DNA from: a phage
Reading direction: 5' to 3' (one strand)
DNA: 64,000 nucleotides
Sequence record: PZ154896.1
Both the position numbers and the translations under genes were made by a program. Below the pieces are notes generated by a model. It was not told the origin of the DNA and searched no databases. It saw nothing but the letters and a program-made list of their open reading frames with translations. Below are positions 44,795-55,142 of this stretch, in pieces; the first letter of the stretch is position 1; every line of letters starts with the position of its first letter.

Positions 44795-45021
44795 TATTTT
44801 TTAATCAAGTTGACATAAAATTCTGCATCTTCAGGGTGCATGCCTTCGCAGTATTCTTCAACCATGAACTTCTTAACAGCTTCATAAGGGCCGCTCAGAT
44901 TAAGTTCAGTTGTCCAGAACTTGGAATCTTGGACTGAATCGATACGAACTTCAGGGTGACGGTTGCGAATAACTTCTTCAGTGTATTCATAATCAACGAC
45001 ATCAATACTAACTTTAGCCAT
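44794..45021 (-). CDS. hypothetical acidic protein
   Basis: 75-aa ORF. Confidence 0.5.
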   Translation of the reverse strand: MAKVSIDVVDYEYTEEVIRNRHPEVRIDSVQDSKFWTTELNLSGPYEAVKKFMVEEYCEGMHPEDAEFYVNLIKK

Positions 45022-45040
45022 TTTGTGTTCCTCTTGTTTT

Positions 45041-45079
45041 GATAGGACTACTATACCATAAACTTACTTAGATGTAAAT
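45041..45079 (-). promoter_or_regulatory. early promoter cassette (family A, truncated palindrome)
   Basis: GATAGGACTACTATACC plus TTTACA-like -35. Confidence 0.4.
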
Positions 45080-45232
45080 TATTTCAACGTCACCTTTAGC
45101 TGCTTTATAACCTTCAGCCCAAGATACAACAGAGTTTTTATCCGAGGATTCAAATTCAGGCATTGGGCTTTCACCAATATTCACACAGTATGTTTCTTCA
45201 TTTTCATCGAACCAAATAATTAAAGTAGTCAT
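45068..45232 (-). CDS. small hypothetical protein (54 aa)
   Basis: Start moved to ATG 45230-45232 (MTTLIIWFDENEE), downstream of the promoter cassette. Confidence 0.4.
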   Translation of the reverse strand: MTTLIIWFDENEETYCVNIGESPMPEFESSDKNSVVSWAEGYKAAKGDVEIIYI

Positions 45233-45252
45233 TTTGTTTACTCCTCTGTAGT

Positions 45253-45290
45253 TGATAAGTCTATAGTAACACCGTCCTTGGTGCTTGTAC
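45253..45290 (-). promoter_or_regulatory. early promoter cassette (family B)
   Basis: GATAAGTCTATAGTAACAC plus TGTACA -35-like. Confidence 0.4.
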
Positions 45291-45291
45291 A

Positions 45292-45795
45292 TCATTTATT
45301 TTTAATTTTGCAAATTTTTTCTGCTTCAGCAATTGCAGCGTCAATGATGCTTTGTGCAATTTTATTACTAGTTGACCTGGCAATCACACTAAGAACAATT
45401 TCTTTTTCTTCACCACCCCAACCCCAAGTCCTTTGTTCGTGGGTACCTTTAACTACAGCTGAAACTTCAACAGAACGTCCACCATCAGAAGTTTTAACAT
45501 CTACAACCCAATCACCGTCTTTCTCTTCTACCCTTGATTTATCCCAAGAAATACTAATATATGATTCACTGTCAATAGAAGTCGCCGGGTTTTTCTCTAC
45601 CGTAAGACCTTCACTTTCCAGCCATTCAATTGTATTTGCGCATAAATCCGAAGAACACCTAATCGGAAACCGGCAAGATTTTTCACCTTTAGCTGCAGCG
45701 TTATACATCTTTTCTAAAATACGCTTTTGCACGTTTTTAAAAATAGTTTCAGCAGATTCTTCAGATTTTTTATTCAGTTCAGTGTAAAGACTCAT
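45292..45795 (-). CDS. hypothetical protein
   Basis: 167-aa ORF. Confidence 0.5.
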   Translation of the reverse strand: MSLYTELNKKSEESAETIFKNVQKRILEKMYNAAAKGEKSCRFPIRCSSDLCANTIEWLESEGLTVEKNPATSIDSESYISISWDKSRVEEKDGDWVVDVKTSDGGRSVEVSAVVKGTHEQRTWGWGGEEKEIVLSVIARSTSNKIAQSIIDAAIAEAEKICKIKNK

Positions 45796-45814
45796 AATAT
45801 TCTCCCCATGTTTT

Positions 45815-45853
45815 GATAGGTCTATAGTAACACATCTAGGGAAGAAGTAAACA
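45815..45853 (-). promoter_or_regulatory. early promoter cassette (family B)
   Basis: GTTTAC-17-TACTATAGACCTATC. Confidence 0.5.
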
Positions 45854-45904
45854 ACTTTTTCAGTAAGTTATAGACCCCCTAATGGGGACCGAAGTCCCCA
45901 TTCT

Positions 45905-46531
45905 TTACTTACGAGTTTTTGCATACTGAGCAGCGTCAGCAGCCAAACGACCTGCCTGACGAAGTTTTTCTTTAATCGCATCGTGAAGTGGTTGAGTATA
46001 CTTCAAACCTTCGATAGTCAAATAAAGACGATAAAGGTCTGGGGTATCAAGGTTGTTGATATGTTGGCCATTACGAAGACTGTTGAATTCACGAACGAGT
46101 GAAGATGTATCGGATTCAATATCGCGAACAAGCGAAGATAGTTGTTTATATTTTTTTTCCAGGCTAGAAGTATCAAACTTAAGAGCAGGAGCTTTAGGAG
46201 TTGCTTTTACTTCCGGCTTAGGCTCAGGTTTTGCTATTGCTTTAGGGGTCGCAGGTTTAGGAACGGTAGGAGCAGGTTTTACTTTAGGCGAACCCGATTT
46301 AGCAGAAACACCGCCACTAACAATATCTTTGAACGCTTTAGAAGCTCTGTAATATTCTTTTTGGCTGGAAGTGTCGATACCATACATGGCTTGAACGTTT
46401 TTGAAAAACTCTGTACTAGTTTTTGTACCAGAAATAGCATCGTAAGCAGCTTGCCATTTCTCTTTTGTCATACGTACACCGGCTTCGGTGATTACTTCCG
46501 TTTCGGCTAAAAATTCATTAAAAGTATACAT
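45905..46531 (-). CDS. capsid-targeting-sequence-like protein (internal-protein candidate)
   Basis: 208 aa; N-terminal MYTFNEFLAETE resembles the MKTYQEFIAEA targeting sequence; Pro/Lys/Ala-rich central repeat; late promoter upstream. Confidence 0.55.
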   Translation of the reverse strand: MYTFNEFLAETEVITEAGVRMTKEKWQAAYDAISGTKTSTEFFKNVQAMYGIDTSSQKEYYRASKAFKDIVSGGVSAKSGSPKVKPAPTVPKPATPKAIAKPEPKPEVKATPKAPALKFDTSSLEKKYKQLSSLVRDIESDTSSLVREFNSLRNGQHINNLDTPDLYRLYLTIEGLKYTQPLHDAIKEKLRQAGRLAADAAQYAKTRK

Positions 46532-46566
46532 TGATGGTCCTTAGAAAGTAGGTTTATTGTTTACTA

Positions 46567-46574
46567 TATTTATA
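46567..46574 (-). promoter_or_regulatory. late promoter TATAAATA
   Basis: Exact TATAAATA on minus strand about 36 nt upstream of ATG 46531. Confidence 0.45.
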
Positions 46575-46604
46575 CAAAAAAGCCCCAACCTTTCGGAAGG
46601 GGCT
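46575..46604 (-). terminator. rho-independent terminator (GAAA loop)
   Basis: AGCCCC-UUCC-GAAA-GGUU-GGGGCU followed by UUUUUU on minus strand, downstream of the tRNA region. Confidence 0.55.
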
Positions 46605-46647
46605 ATATACCTTGTCGGGGTTTCCACCTACTAAGGCAAGTGTTTGT

Positions 46648-46739
46648 ACGAAACGCCGGGATTCGAACCCGGTTATTAAGCAGTTGACGCTACTCAATAT
46701 TTTTAAAAGGCCATATCTCGACCATATCCGAACGTTCCG
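46648..46739 (-). other. tRNA-like element / probable tRNA pseudogene
   Basis: Canonical T-arm CCGGG-UUCGAAU-CCCGG and 7-bp acceptor pairing, but no canonical D or anticodon arm in the 92-nt span. Confidence 0.3.
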
Positions 46740-46907
46740 TCAAAAACGCTACTCGGCTTACGGCAAAGATATTTCCTCGAATCGATAATTCTTTGCGCCG
46801 TTTCTGCTGTGATGTAAGGGGATATTAACAAATCATAAAGATTTATTAAGACCAGTCCTTACTCAGGGAACATCAGTCCGACGACTTGCCGGTAGCGACC
46901 CGGCTTC

Positions 46908-47252
46908 TTATTTTGACATATCATCAATTTGTTCTCTACGTCTACGCCATAGATTAATTACTTCATCAACACATTCAGCATTTGGTATATGACGACAATA
47001 GTATAGTGATTCGCGTTTCTGGAACCGATGTTGTAATGGAATTTCGTTTAAAAGGTCTTTACGGTCAAAGTATTCAAAACTAGTTAACCCGGAACGGTTT
47101 TTAAGAAACTTCCAATGTCCGAATTCATTTTGAAAATAAACATAATCAGCGTGTTGATATAACGAATTAATCAACCGGTCGGAAATAACTGTATCCTGTT
47201 CATTAAAATAAAACGTTAAATCATGAACTACCAGATAAATATTACCTTTCAT
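46908..47252 (-). CDS. hypothetical protein
   Basis: Start set at ATG 47250-47252 (MKGNIYLVVHD) to avoid overlapping tRNA-Arg. Confidence 0.5.
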   Translation of the reverse strand: MKGNIYLVVHDLTFYFNEQDTVISDRLINSLYQHADYVYFQNEFGHWKFLKNRSGLTSFEYFDRKDLLNEIPLQHRFQKRESLYYCRHIPNAECVDEVINLWRRRREQIDDMSK

Positions 47253-47270
47253 ATTTTCCTCACTTAAAGT

Positions 47271-47347
<77 letters not shown>

Positions 47348-47350
47348 GAT

Positions 47351-47425
47351 TGGTGACCCTGGCTGGTTTCGATCCAGCTACCTATCAGTTATGAGCTGAC
47401 AGCTCTCCCATTGAGCTACAGGGCC
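47351..47425 (-). tRNA. tRNA-Met (anticodon CAU; could be Ile2 if lysidine-modified), CCA encoded
   Basis: Manual fold: acceptor GGCCCUG/CAGGGUC, D-stem GCUC/GAGC, anticodon loop CUCAUAA, T-arm GCUGG-AUCGAAA-CCAGC; 3 nt from tRNA-Arg. Confidence 0.8.
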
Positions 47426-47504
47426 TTAATAACTTTCTATTATGAAAGGCACTTTAGAGCACCTTTGGTAATAGAGGGTATGAATTAATAATAACACATA
47501 ATTC

Positions 47505-48020
47505 TTAAAGCAAATCAATCATTTTAACAGTCGGCAAAACGATTTCTTCTTCAATATAAGCAAATTCAACACATTCAACTACACGCAAGAAATCATAATC
47601 ATAATATTCAGAAGCATGGCCAAGAATATCAATGAGACCTTCTGATACTAAATATCCATTCTCATGGAACAGGTCAAATACACGCGATTCGTCTTCTTCA
47701 GATTTATTACCAAGGTCGACTTCAATATCAAAGACCTTTTTAATGAATTCTGGATAAAGCTGGTCTGAGAACAATCCTTCAACCAAGTATTCATAGATTA
47801 AAAGCGAACAATCACTGAATAGTGTATTACCACAGTAACGTTCAGCTTTAGTGCTGGAATGACGGCTCTTAAATTTCTTCAAAAGATATTTAAACTGTTG
47901 GAGCTCATGCTCTTCTACACCAAATAATGTTTTGGTTTTATAGTTGTCGCCGTCATTTTCCCAAGTAGTGACATCAATTACGTAACCTTTAGGAATTGTA
48001 CTGCCTAAACAAATATTCAT
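47505..48020 (-). CDS. hypothetical acidic protein
   Basis: 171-aa ORF. Confidence 0.5.
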   Translation of the reverse strand: MNICLGSTIPKGYVIDVTTWENDGDNYKTKTLFGVEEHELQQFKYLLKKFKSRHSSTKAERYCGNTLFSDCSLLIYEYLVEGLFSDQLYPEFIKKVFDIEVDLGNKSEEDESRVFDLFHENGYLVSEGLIDILGHASEYYDYDFLRVVECVEFAYIEEEIVLPTVKMIDLL

Positions 48021-48024
48021 TTAC

Positions 48025-48315
48025 TCACCGTACCATATTAATGTAATTATATTCAATGCAACATAATTTCAAAGGATTCTTGAAAATATCATATTCAAGA
48101 GGACCTTTTTCTGTTTCAATAAAGAAATCAAAGTTCACACTATTAAATTTGCGGTCTTCCCAAAGTAATTTAACCTGTGAAGATGAACGGTCGACGTAAA
48201 CCTTTTCAACTTCAAAGTGGGTCAAAATACCATAGTAATCGACTAGTGCTTTAGCTGCAGCTCGGTCGCTTTCATATCCATTCTCAACGGATTTTACCTT
48301 AGCATAAAGAATCAT
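48025..48315 (-). CDS. hypothetical protein
   Basis: 96-aa ORF. Confidence 0.5.
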   Translation of the reverse strand: MILYAKVKSVENGYESDRAAAKALVDYYGILTHFEVEKVYVDRSSSQVKLLWEDRKFNSVNFDFFIETEKGPLEYDIFKNPLKLCCIEYNYINMVR

Positions 48316-48317
48316 TA

Positions 48318-48701
48318 TTAACCTTTATCAACAATAGTATGTGTATGGGCATTTACGATTTGCCACCAGTCAAAACTATCGCCAAATCGTTTTGATTTAT
48401 TGTCTTCAATAATTTGGCGTAATTCATCTTCAGTAGCGGCTTTCGCGATTAAATCAGCATATCCACCACGAGGATAATAATTATCACCTGCAAAAAGTAA
48501 AAAGTTTGGTTTAATATTATTAAACTCTTCAAGAGTAATAACTGTTCCACCAGGTTGAACAATATCTACATAACTATATCCTAATTTTTGAGCAGCATCT
48601 ACTGCTTCAAGCAGGGTATCATGAGCCCATCCAATTTGGCAATCTGGCTTTTCAGATGGATTAGCCTGATAATCCGCGTACACTTTATACATTCTATTCA
48701 C
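48318..48701 (-). CDS. hypothetical protein
   Basis: 127-aa ORF. Confidence 0.5.
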   Translation of the reverse strand: MNRMYKVYADYQANPSEKPDCQIGWAHDTLLEAVDAAQKLGYSYVDIVQPGGTVITLEEFNNIKPNFLLFAGDNYYPRGGYADLIAKAATEDELRQIIEDNKSKRFGDSFDWWQIVNAHTHTIVDKG

Positions 48702-48879
48702 CTTTAGAAATTTTATCCATAACGATAGCGATTAAACCGATTAGAAATGCTACTACCAATGAGATAGAATTTTCTGTTGTTGTCAGTAGTCCACAAATGA
48801 ATCCTACAAACATCGAAAAACTAAAAGCCATTGAAGCAATTACTACAGCAACATTACGAATCAGTTCAGCGCGTTTCAT
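48694..48879 (-). CDS. small membrane protein
   Basis: 61 aa, two hydrophobic helices. Confidence 0.45.
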   Translation of the reverse strand: MKRAELIRNVAVVIASMAFSFSMFVGFICGLLTTTENSISLVVAFLIGLIAIVMDKISKGE

Positions 48880-48898
48880 TTTATTCTCCTCAGTAGTT

Positions 48899-48938
48899 GA
48901 TAGGGTAATAGTATCACTACCCTATCTAAAAGTAAACG
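48899..48938 (-). promoter_or_regulatory. early promoter cassette (family A variant)
   Basis: GATAGGGTA...TACCCTATC palindrome around -10; GTTTAC -35. Confidence 0.45.
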
Positions 48939-48948
48939 GTTTTATAAA

Positions 48949-49257
48949 CTATTTTATTCCACGTGATGCAATCGTATTCTGCCGTTTAACGCCAGTTTGT
49001 TTAAAGTCATGACTGTCGATTTGATCGGTACGAGCAACTCCGAACGATGATTTAATCTTAGCTTTAGATCCTTTAGTTATAGAAATAAACATCTCAGAGG
49101 ACCCTTTCTTAAAGTCTGATGCAGATACTTCAACGCCGTTCTTAGCAAGTGACCTCAGAATTGCATCTGCGTACTCATCATCAAGACTCGCTTGAGTATT
49201 AATAACGAATGTCTTTGGCGCAGCTGCTTCACAGATAAATTCTTTAAATGTTTTCAT
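48949..49257 (-). CDS. internal protein I-like (capsid-targeting-sequence-containing)
   Basis: 102 aa; N-terminal MKTFKEFICEAAA; located next to 57B as ipI is in T4. Confidence 0.6.
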   Translation of the reverse strand: MKTFKEFICEAAAPKTFVINTQASLDDEYADAILRSLAKNGVEVSASDFKKGSSEMFISITKGSKAKIKSSFGVARTDQIDSHDFKQTGVKRQNTIASRGIK

Positions 49258-49269
49258 TTTATTTTCCTA

Positions 49270-49308
49270 ATTAATTTTGATAGGACTACTATAACATAGT
49301 CCTATCAG
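49270..49308 (-). promoter_or_regulatory. early promoter cassette (family A, perfect 10-bp inverted repeat)
   Basis: GATAGGACTAcTATAACATAGTCCTATC plus GTTTACA; minus-sense GTTTACA-17-TATAGT. Confidence 0.5.
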
Positions 49309-49330
49309 CATGTAAACTGTTTTGTGAAAA

Positions 49331-50016
<686 letters not shown>

Positions 50017-50020
50017 TTTA

Positions 50021-50755
50021 TTACCTTAAGATTGTTTCAATTTTAGAATAAAGCTCTTCTAAAGAGCCGTCGTTTGTAATAACTAAATCGCCTTCTTCAA
50101 TAGGCAACCCAGCTTCTGTAATATGTTTATCAGTGGATTCCGTACCAGAGCGAACCACATGAATAACTGTAGCACCCATCGCTCTAGCGGTTTCCATTTC
50201 ATGGACTTGGCGTGTATCGGTTACAACATAGTAATCGAAATCACTTCCAATATAATCCATATAGTTTAATGCAAAAAGTTTAACCCAATACATACGGTCA
50301 AATAAATTAACGACAACATCCGTACCGAGGGCTTGCATAAGACGGCGGATTGACCATGTGTCGTTGATATTATTTATAGCTTCACGCAGGGCTTCATATG
50401 GTTTAATATCTAGATATGAATACCCACCTTCTAATGATGATAATACTTTAACATTATTAATTGGTAAATATTGACTTTGTAAATAAATTAGCGCTTCTTC
50501 CAATAATTCAATAACATCCAACTTATTGAGATTTAATGGTGTTTCACGGTCGTATCCAACACCTTCGAAGTATTCATATTTCAACTCAGTGAATACATCA
50601 GGATTTTCAGCATGCCTACGTCCCCAGGCTATTGCTAGAGCGTCTTTAATCGGATATGCCAATTGGTATTTTACGGATTTAAAGTTTGAATTGATGTAAT
50701 CGGCAGTAGTGTCTTTACCACTACGTTTGATGCCGCTTAAAAAGATTAGCTCCAT
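50021..50755 (-). CDS. 1: deoxynucleoside monophosphate kinase gp1
   Basis: 244 aa; P-loop GIKRSGKDTTADYI; collinear with T4 gp1. Confidence 0.9.
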   Translation of the reverse strand: MELIFLSGIKRSGKDTTADYINSNFKSVKYQLAYPIKDALAIAWGRRHAENPDVFTELKYEYFEGVGYDRETPLNLNKLDVIELLEEALIYLQSQYLPINNVKVLSSLEGGYSYLDIKPYEALREAINNINDTWSIRRLMQALGTDVVVNLFDRMYWVKLFALNYMDYIGSDFDYYVVTDTRQVHEMETARAMGATVIHVVRSGTESTDKHITEAGLPIEEGDLVITNDGSLEELYSKIETILR

Positions 50756-50808
50756 AGGTTTTCCTCATATAATTTATGAATGATTATAACATACGGAGCT
50801 AGAAGCGA

Positions 50809-51393
50809 TTAACGCAAGGAAGGGTGTCTAGAAATGGATTTAGATTCGACCGCTTGACGTGGCTGTTGAGATACAATGACTTCGCCATCCTTTTCTATCG
50901 TCATATACGCGTAGTGAATAGTTGCTACGCACGTAACGGCAGGGTCAGAGTCTTCGGTGTAACTAAATTCAATTTCACTCAAATCAGAAATCCATGGTTT
51001 ATAGAAATTTGCCGTCAAAACTACTTCGGTCTTATTGTTGTTTAAAATGTGCAAAGTAACAAACTCAGGACCATCTGAGTGGGCCGTATTATGTCCGGTT
51101 ATATAGTTATTAGTGCTGAGCATCCATTTATACATGTTCATCCAGGACGTCATGTCTTCATCAACTATAAATCGTACAACAAAAGGGTCATATTCAAATG
51201 TGGTGCCTGCACGCATTGCACGTCCTAACCCCATTGTGCCTGTCACAGTTTCAACAACAGGAATTCTCACACCTGGCAATGGTGCCGTTTGGGCATTGAG
51301 CACAAAACCTGAAGTTCGTGTACTATCTGGGATATCCACAACAAAGTTTGTTATATTTGTTTGGTTAAAAATCTGTCTCGTTGGACGAGTCAT
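50809..51393 (-). CDS. 3: tail completion / sheath stabiliser gp3
   Basis: Position between genes 1 and 2; start set to ATG 51391-51393 (ORF-track start is GTG). Confidence 0.75.
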   Translation of the reverse strand: MTRPTRQIFNQTNITNFVVDIPDSTRTSGFVLNAQTAPLPGVRIPVVETVTGTMGLGRAMRAGTTFEYDPFVVRFIVDEDMTSWMNMYKWMLSTNNYITGHNTAHSDGPEFVTLHILNNNKTEVVLTANFYKPWISDLSEIEFSYTEDSDPAVTCVATIHYAYMTIEKDGEVIVSQQPRQAVESKSISRHPSLR

Positions 51394-51495
51394 AAGCACC
51401 TCAAAAACGCTTTAATAAAAATGCAGTATAATGGTTTTAGGTCTCTTCCATTAATCTGGTTCAACAGAATATCAGAAGAACGGAAGAGAATAGAA

Positions 51496-52317
51496 TTAAG
51501 ATTTCCAAACAGTATTCGCAGAGAAACGTTTTCCTTTTGACATAAACTGCTGAGTAGGTAACATGATTATGTTAGCCCAGTCTTTAGGAGCGATTTCTGT
51601 TATTGTTCCTCTAATGTGGCCTGGCAGGTATGCTTTAATCATTTTGTCAGCACCTTGAAATCCTTTCACCTTGCTCCAGTCTATCTTCAACTTTGTGTTA
51701 TTAGTAATAGTAGTTGTGCTAGCATATTGCTTCAGCAATTCTTCAAGAAACTGTTGTCGTGCTTTAGGTGGGATATAGTGCAAGTTTAACCCATACATCA
51801 AATTATGTTTACCTAATCCTAAATAAATAATCAAAGGATATCGGTCCCAGTATGGCAGAGTATCTTTATGTTTAGCATCATACACGTAGGTATAAATTTT
51901 GCCTGGCGTAGGCTTGACTACTTTATGACCTTTTACACTTTTCTTAATTGTTTCAACAAACCACTTAGATGATTTGTTGTTTACTGCTGCACCTTCATTT
52001 CTAATCTTTTCTCGTATTGAACTGCGAAACGAGTTTATCATCAGAAGTTGACGTTCTTGCTTATTGAGTTTATTTTTAGGTTTAGATTCAAGTGTTTCAA
52101 TTTTCTGTGCAGTCTTAATAGATGATGCATATCTAGACATTGCAGATGTAAACGACGAGTATTTTATTCCTTTTGATTCTGCAAATGCTTTTGCAGTGAT
52201 TCCTTTCTCTTTAGCTTTCTTGTATTCTAATCCTATCTCAATCCATTTTCTTTCATTCATAGACTGAGCAATCTTAGGGGCTTGTACGCCTTCAGATATA
52301 ATTTGGAATATGCTCAT
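51496..52317 (-). CDS. 2: DNA end-protector protein gp2
   Basis: 273 aa (T4 gp2 is 274 aa); basic; adjacent to gene 4. Confidence 0.85.
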   Translation of the reverse strand: MSIFQIISEGVQAPKIAQSMNERKWIEIGLEYKKAKEKGITAKAFAESKGIKYSSFTSAMSRYASSIKTAQKIETLESKPKNKLNKQERQLLMINSFRSSIREKIRNEGAAVNNKSSKWFVETIKKSVKGHKVVKPTPGKIYTYVYDAKHKDTLPYWDRYPLIIYLGLGKHNLMYGLNLHYIPPKARQQFLEELLKQYASTTTITNNTKLKIDWSKVKGFQGADKMIKAYLPGHIRGTITEIAPKDWANIIMLPTQQFMSKGKRFSANTVWKS

Positions 52318-52319
52318 AA

Positions 52320-52769
52320 TTACCCCTTGTATCCGAGTTTTCTAAGACCATCCTCGGTTAGAACTCGGAATTTTATATTTCTCTTTTCAGCAACAGCTGA
52401 GGCAGCTTTCCATTTATCACAGTTCACAGACCAGGTATATATTTCATTCATATAACGTTTCTTTGCTGCAGTCGTAAGATTTGCAGGCTTAATAGGCGGT
52501 TGAGTTTCTTTCTTTGGTTTTATTTCTACAAAGAACTCTTGACCTGATGCATCCTTCATCCATATATCCATAAAGTATCGACGTTTTTTACCTTCTGCGT
52601 TACAGAAATATGGAATTACTGCTGTTTCACTACCCCATGCAATAATTTCTGGATTTTTATCCAACCATTCGAAAAAGAATTTTTCCCAGTTTGAACGATA
52701 CGTTATTTTGGTATGGTCTCCACGGTATTTTTTTAAATTTTTTGGGACCCATTTACCAGAGTAGGCCAT
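52320..52769 (-). CDS. 4: head completion protein gp4
   Basis: About 90% identical to T4 gp4 from memory; start set to [12 protein letters not shown] (ATG 52767-52769) with SD AAGGAGG. Confidence 0.9.
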   Translation of the reverse strand: MAYSGKWVPKNLKKYRGDHTKITYRSNWEKFFFEWLDKNPEIIAWGSETAVIPYFCNAEGKKRRYFMDIWMKDASGQEFFVEIKPKKETQPPIKPANLTTAAKKRYMNEIYTWSVNCDKWKAASAVAEKRNIKFRVLTEDGLRKLGYKG

Positions 52770-52780
52770 GTTGTCCTCCT

Positions 52781-52788
52781 TATAAATA
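52781..52788 (+). promoter_or_regulatory. late promoter TATAAATA (gene 53)
   Basis: Exact TATAAATA on plus strand 43 nt upstream of gene 53 ATG. Confidence 0.5.
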
Positions 52789-52795
52789 GTATTAT

Positions 52796-52803
52796 TATTT
52801 ATA
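52796..52803 (-). promoter_or_regulatory. late promoter TATAAATA (gene 4)
   Basis: Exact TATAAATA on minus strand upstream of gene 4; divergent from the gene 53 promoter. Confidence 0.4.
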
Positions 52804-52830
52804 CCAATTTCATATTGGAAGGAGACTATC

Positions 52831-53406
52831 TTGTTATTTACATTCTTCGACCCAATAGGATATAGTGCTAAAACAGTTAATAAGAATGCACCTACTATTC
52901 CTATGACAGACATATTTCGTAACTATAAAGAGTACTTTAAGCGTGTTGCTGCCAATTATAGATTACGTTCTTATTATATTAAAGGCTCTCCGCGTCCTGA
53001 AGAACTAGCAAACATAATTTATGGCAACCCTCAATTATACTGGGTCCTTTTGATGTGTAATGACAACTATGATCCGTATTATGGTTGGATTACATCTCAG
53101 GAAGCAGCGTATCAAGCTTCTATTCAGAAATATGCTAATGCTGGCGGCGACCAAGTTCTTTATCATATTAATGAAAATCGTGAGAAATTTTACAATTTGG
53201 TTTCATATCCGGACGAGCCTTTAGTGTGGTACGATAAAGGTGATGAAGCTCGTAAGTATCCGCAATATAAAGGACCTTTAGCTGCAGTAGATACTTATGA
53301 AGCGGCAGTATTAGATAATGAAAAACTTCGTAAAATAAAAATTGTTGCAAAAGAAGATATAAACTCGTTTATCACAGATTTGATTCGTGAGATGGAGATT
53401 GCATAA
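52831..53406 (+). CDS. 53: baseplate wedge protein gp53
   Basis: 191 aa; about 85% identical to T4 gp53 from memory. Confidence 0.92.
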   Translation: MLFTFFDPIGYSAKTVNKNAPTIPMTDIFRNYKEYFKRVAANYRLRSYYIKGSPRPEELANIIYGNPQLYWVLLMCNDNYDPYYGWITSQEAAYQASIQKYANAGGDQVLYHINENREKFYNLVSYPDEPLVWYDKGDEARKYPQYKGPLAAVDTYEAAVLDNEKLRKIKIVAKEDINSFITDLIREMEIA

Positions 53407-55139
53407 TGGAAATGATTAGCAGTAGCCTTAATTGGTTCGTGGGTGTTGTCGAGGATAGAATGGACCCATTAAAACAAGGGCGAGTTCGAGTTCGAGTCGT
53501 TGGTCTTCATCCGGCGCAGAGAACACAAGGTGATGTACAAGGTATTCCTACAGAAAAACTTCCATGGATGACTGTTATTCAACCTATTACGTCTGCATCA
53601 ATGTCAGGTATTGGTGGTTCTGTTACAGGTCCTGTTGAAGGAACTCGAGTATATGGTCATTTCTTAGACAAATGGAAAACAAACGGGATTGTACTTGGTA
53701 CATACGGTGGAATAGTACGTGAAAAGCCTAATAGACTTGAAGGTTTTTCAGACCCGACAGGTCAGTATCCGCGACGTTTAGGTAATGATACGAACGTACT
53801 AAACCAAGGTGGTGAAGCTGGTTATTATTCAAACTCTAACGTAATTCAAGATAACAACTTGGATTATGGTATAAACCCAGATGATACAGATTTAGCAAAT
53901 ATTCCAGAAGATGATGACCCTAATTTTACAATAACAGAAATGTTACGTCGTGACGAAGGTCTTCGTGATAAAGTGTATTGGGACCATCTCGGATATCCTA
54001 CAGTAGGTATTGGACACCTTATAGTAATGGAAAAAACCCGAGATATGTCTCGAATTAATAAATTGTTATCTGATCAAGTAGGGCGTGAAGTAACAGGAAA
54101 TCCGGGAACTATTACATTAGAAGAAGCAACAGCGTTATTTGAGAAGGACCTTGCTAAGATGCAGAAAGCCATTCGTTCTAATTCTAAAGTAGGTCCTGTT
54201 TATGCTAAAATGAACAGATCTCGCCAAATGGCATTAGAAAACATGTGCTTCCAGATGGGTGTTGGTGGTGTAGCAAAATTCAATACTATGCTTAAAGCAA
54301 TGGCCACAGGTGATTGGAAAACCGCATACAAATCTGGACGCGATTCATTATGGTTCCAACAGACTAAAGGGCGTGCTTCACGTGTAACAACAATTATTTT
54401 AACTGGTAACATGGAATCATATGGCGTTCCTGTTAAAACACCACCTTCACCAGGAGTTGGTGCTGATTTAGTTACTAGAAATACCGATCCAGAAGACCCG
54501 GCTGGTCCTCCTGTTCCTTTAGATTCACGCATCCTTTTTAAAGAACCGGAATCAAGTTATCGTGGTGAGTATCCATACGTTCATGCTATGGAAACAGAAA
54601 GTGGTCATATCCAAGAATTTGACGATACTCCAGGTAATGAACGTTATCGCTTAGTTCATCCAACAGGGTCATATGAGGAAGTTTCTCCGTCTGGGCGTCG
54701 TACTCGTAAAACTGTAGAAGACCTTTTTGACATCACTAATGGCGATGGGAACTTCTTGATTTCTGGTGATAAGCTTGTTAACGTTGGTGCTAACGAAATA
54801 TATTATAACATGGCAGACCGCCTCCATCAAATAGATGGCAATGACACAATCTTTATTCGCGGTAACCAATCTAAAACTGTTGAAGGCGATGGAACTCTTT
54901 ATGTTAAGGGTAATATCAAAATAGTTGTTGACGGAAATGCAGATATTCTTGTTAAAGGTGATGCTAAAACTCAGGTCGAAGGGAATCATGATTACACCGT
55001 CAACGGAAACGTTAAATGGACTGTTAATGGTAATGTTGATATGACTGTTGCCGGGGATTGGGCAGAAACAATGTCTACAATGAGCTCAGTAGCTTCAGGA
55101 CAATACACTGTTGACGGATCTCGTATTGATATTGGGTAA
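53406..55139 (+). CDS. 5: baseplate hub / tail-associated lysozyme gp5
   Basis: 577 aa; central T4-lysozyme-like domain (EGLRDKVYWDHLGYPTVGIGHL) and C-terminal VxGxxxxx beta-helix repeats; TAATG overlap with 53. Confidence 0.95.
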   Translation: MEMISSSLNWFVGVVEDRMDPLKQGRVRVRVVGLHPAQRTQGDVQGIPTEKLPWMTVIQPITSASMSGIGGSVTGPVEGTRVYGHFLDKWKTNGIVLGTYGGIVREKPNRLEGFSDPTGQYPRRLGNDTNVLNQGGEAGYYSNSNVIQDNNLDYGINPDDTDLANIPEDDDPNFTITEMLRRDEGLRDKVYWDHLGYPTVGIGHLIVMEKTRDMSRINKLLSDQVGREVTGNPGTITLEEATALFEKDLAKMQKAIRSNSKVGPVYAKMNRSRQMALENMCFQMGVGGVAKFNTMLKAMATGDWKTAYKSGRDSLWFQQTKGRASRVTTIILTGNMESYGVPVKTPPSPGVGADLVTRNTDPEDPAGPPVPLDSRILFKEPESSYRGEYPYVHAMETESGHIQEFDDTPGNERYRLVHPTGSYEEVSPSGRRTRKTVEDLFDITNGDGNFLISGDKLVNVGANEIYYNMADRLHQIDGNDTIFIRGNQSKTVEGDGTLYVKGNIKIVVDGNADILVKGDAKTQVEGNHDYTVNGNVKWTVNGNVDMTVAGDWAETMSTMSSVASGQYTVDGSRIDIG

Positions 55140-55142
55140 TAT

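Noticed and set aside
45278-45787. 169-aa plus-strand ORF nearly coextensive with minus-strand ORF 45292-45795
   Set aside because: The minus-strand ORF has an upstream early promoter cassette and matches the orientation of all neighbours; the plus-strand product is Ser/Leu-rich low complexity.
46648-46739. Calling the 92-nt T-arm-containing element a functional class II tRNA (Leu/Ser/Tyr)
   Set aside because: No canonical D-stem or 5-bp/7-nt anticodon stem-loop could be folded by hand; kept as tRNA-like remnant pending tRNAscan.
54200-54989. Minus-strand ORFs (110 and 106 aa) inside gene 5
   Set aside because: Antisense to the conserved baseplate hub gene; all real genes in this block are plus-strand.
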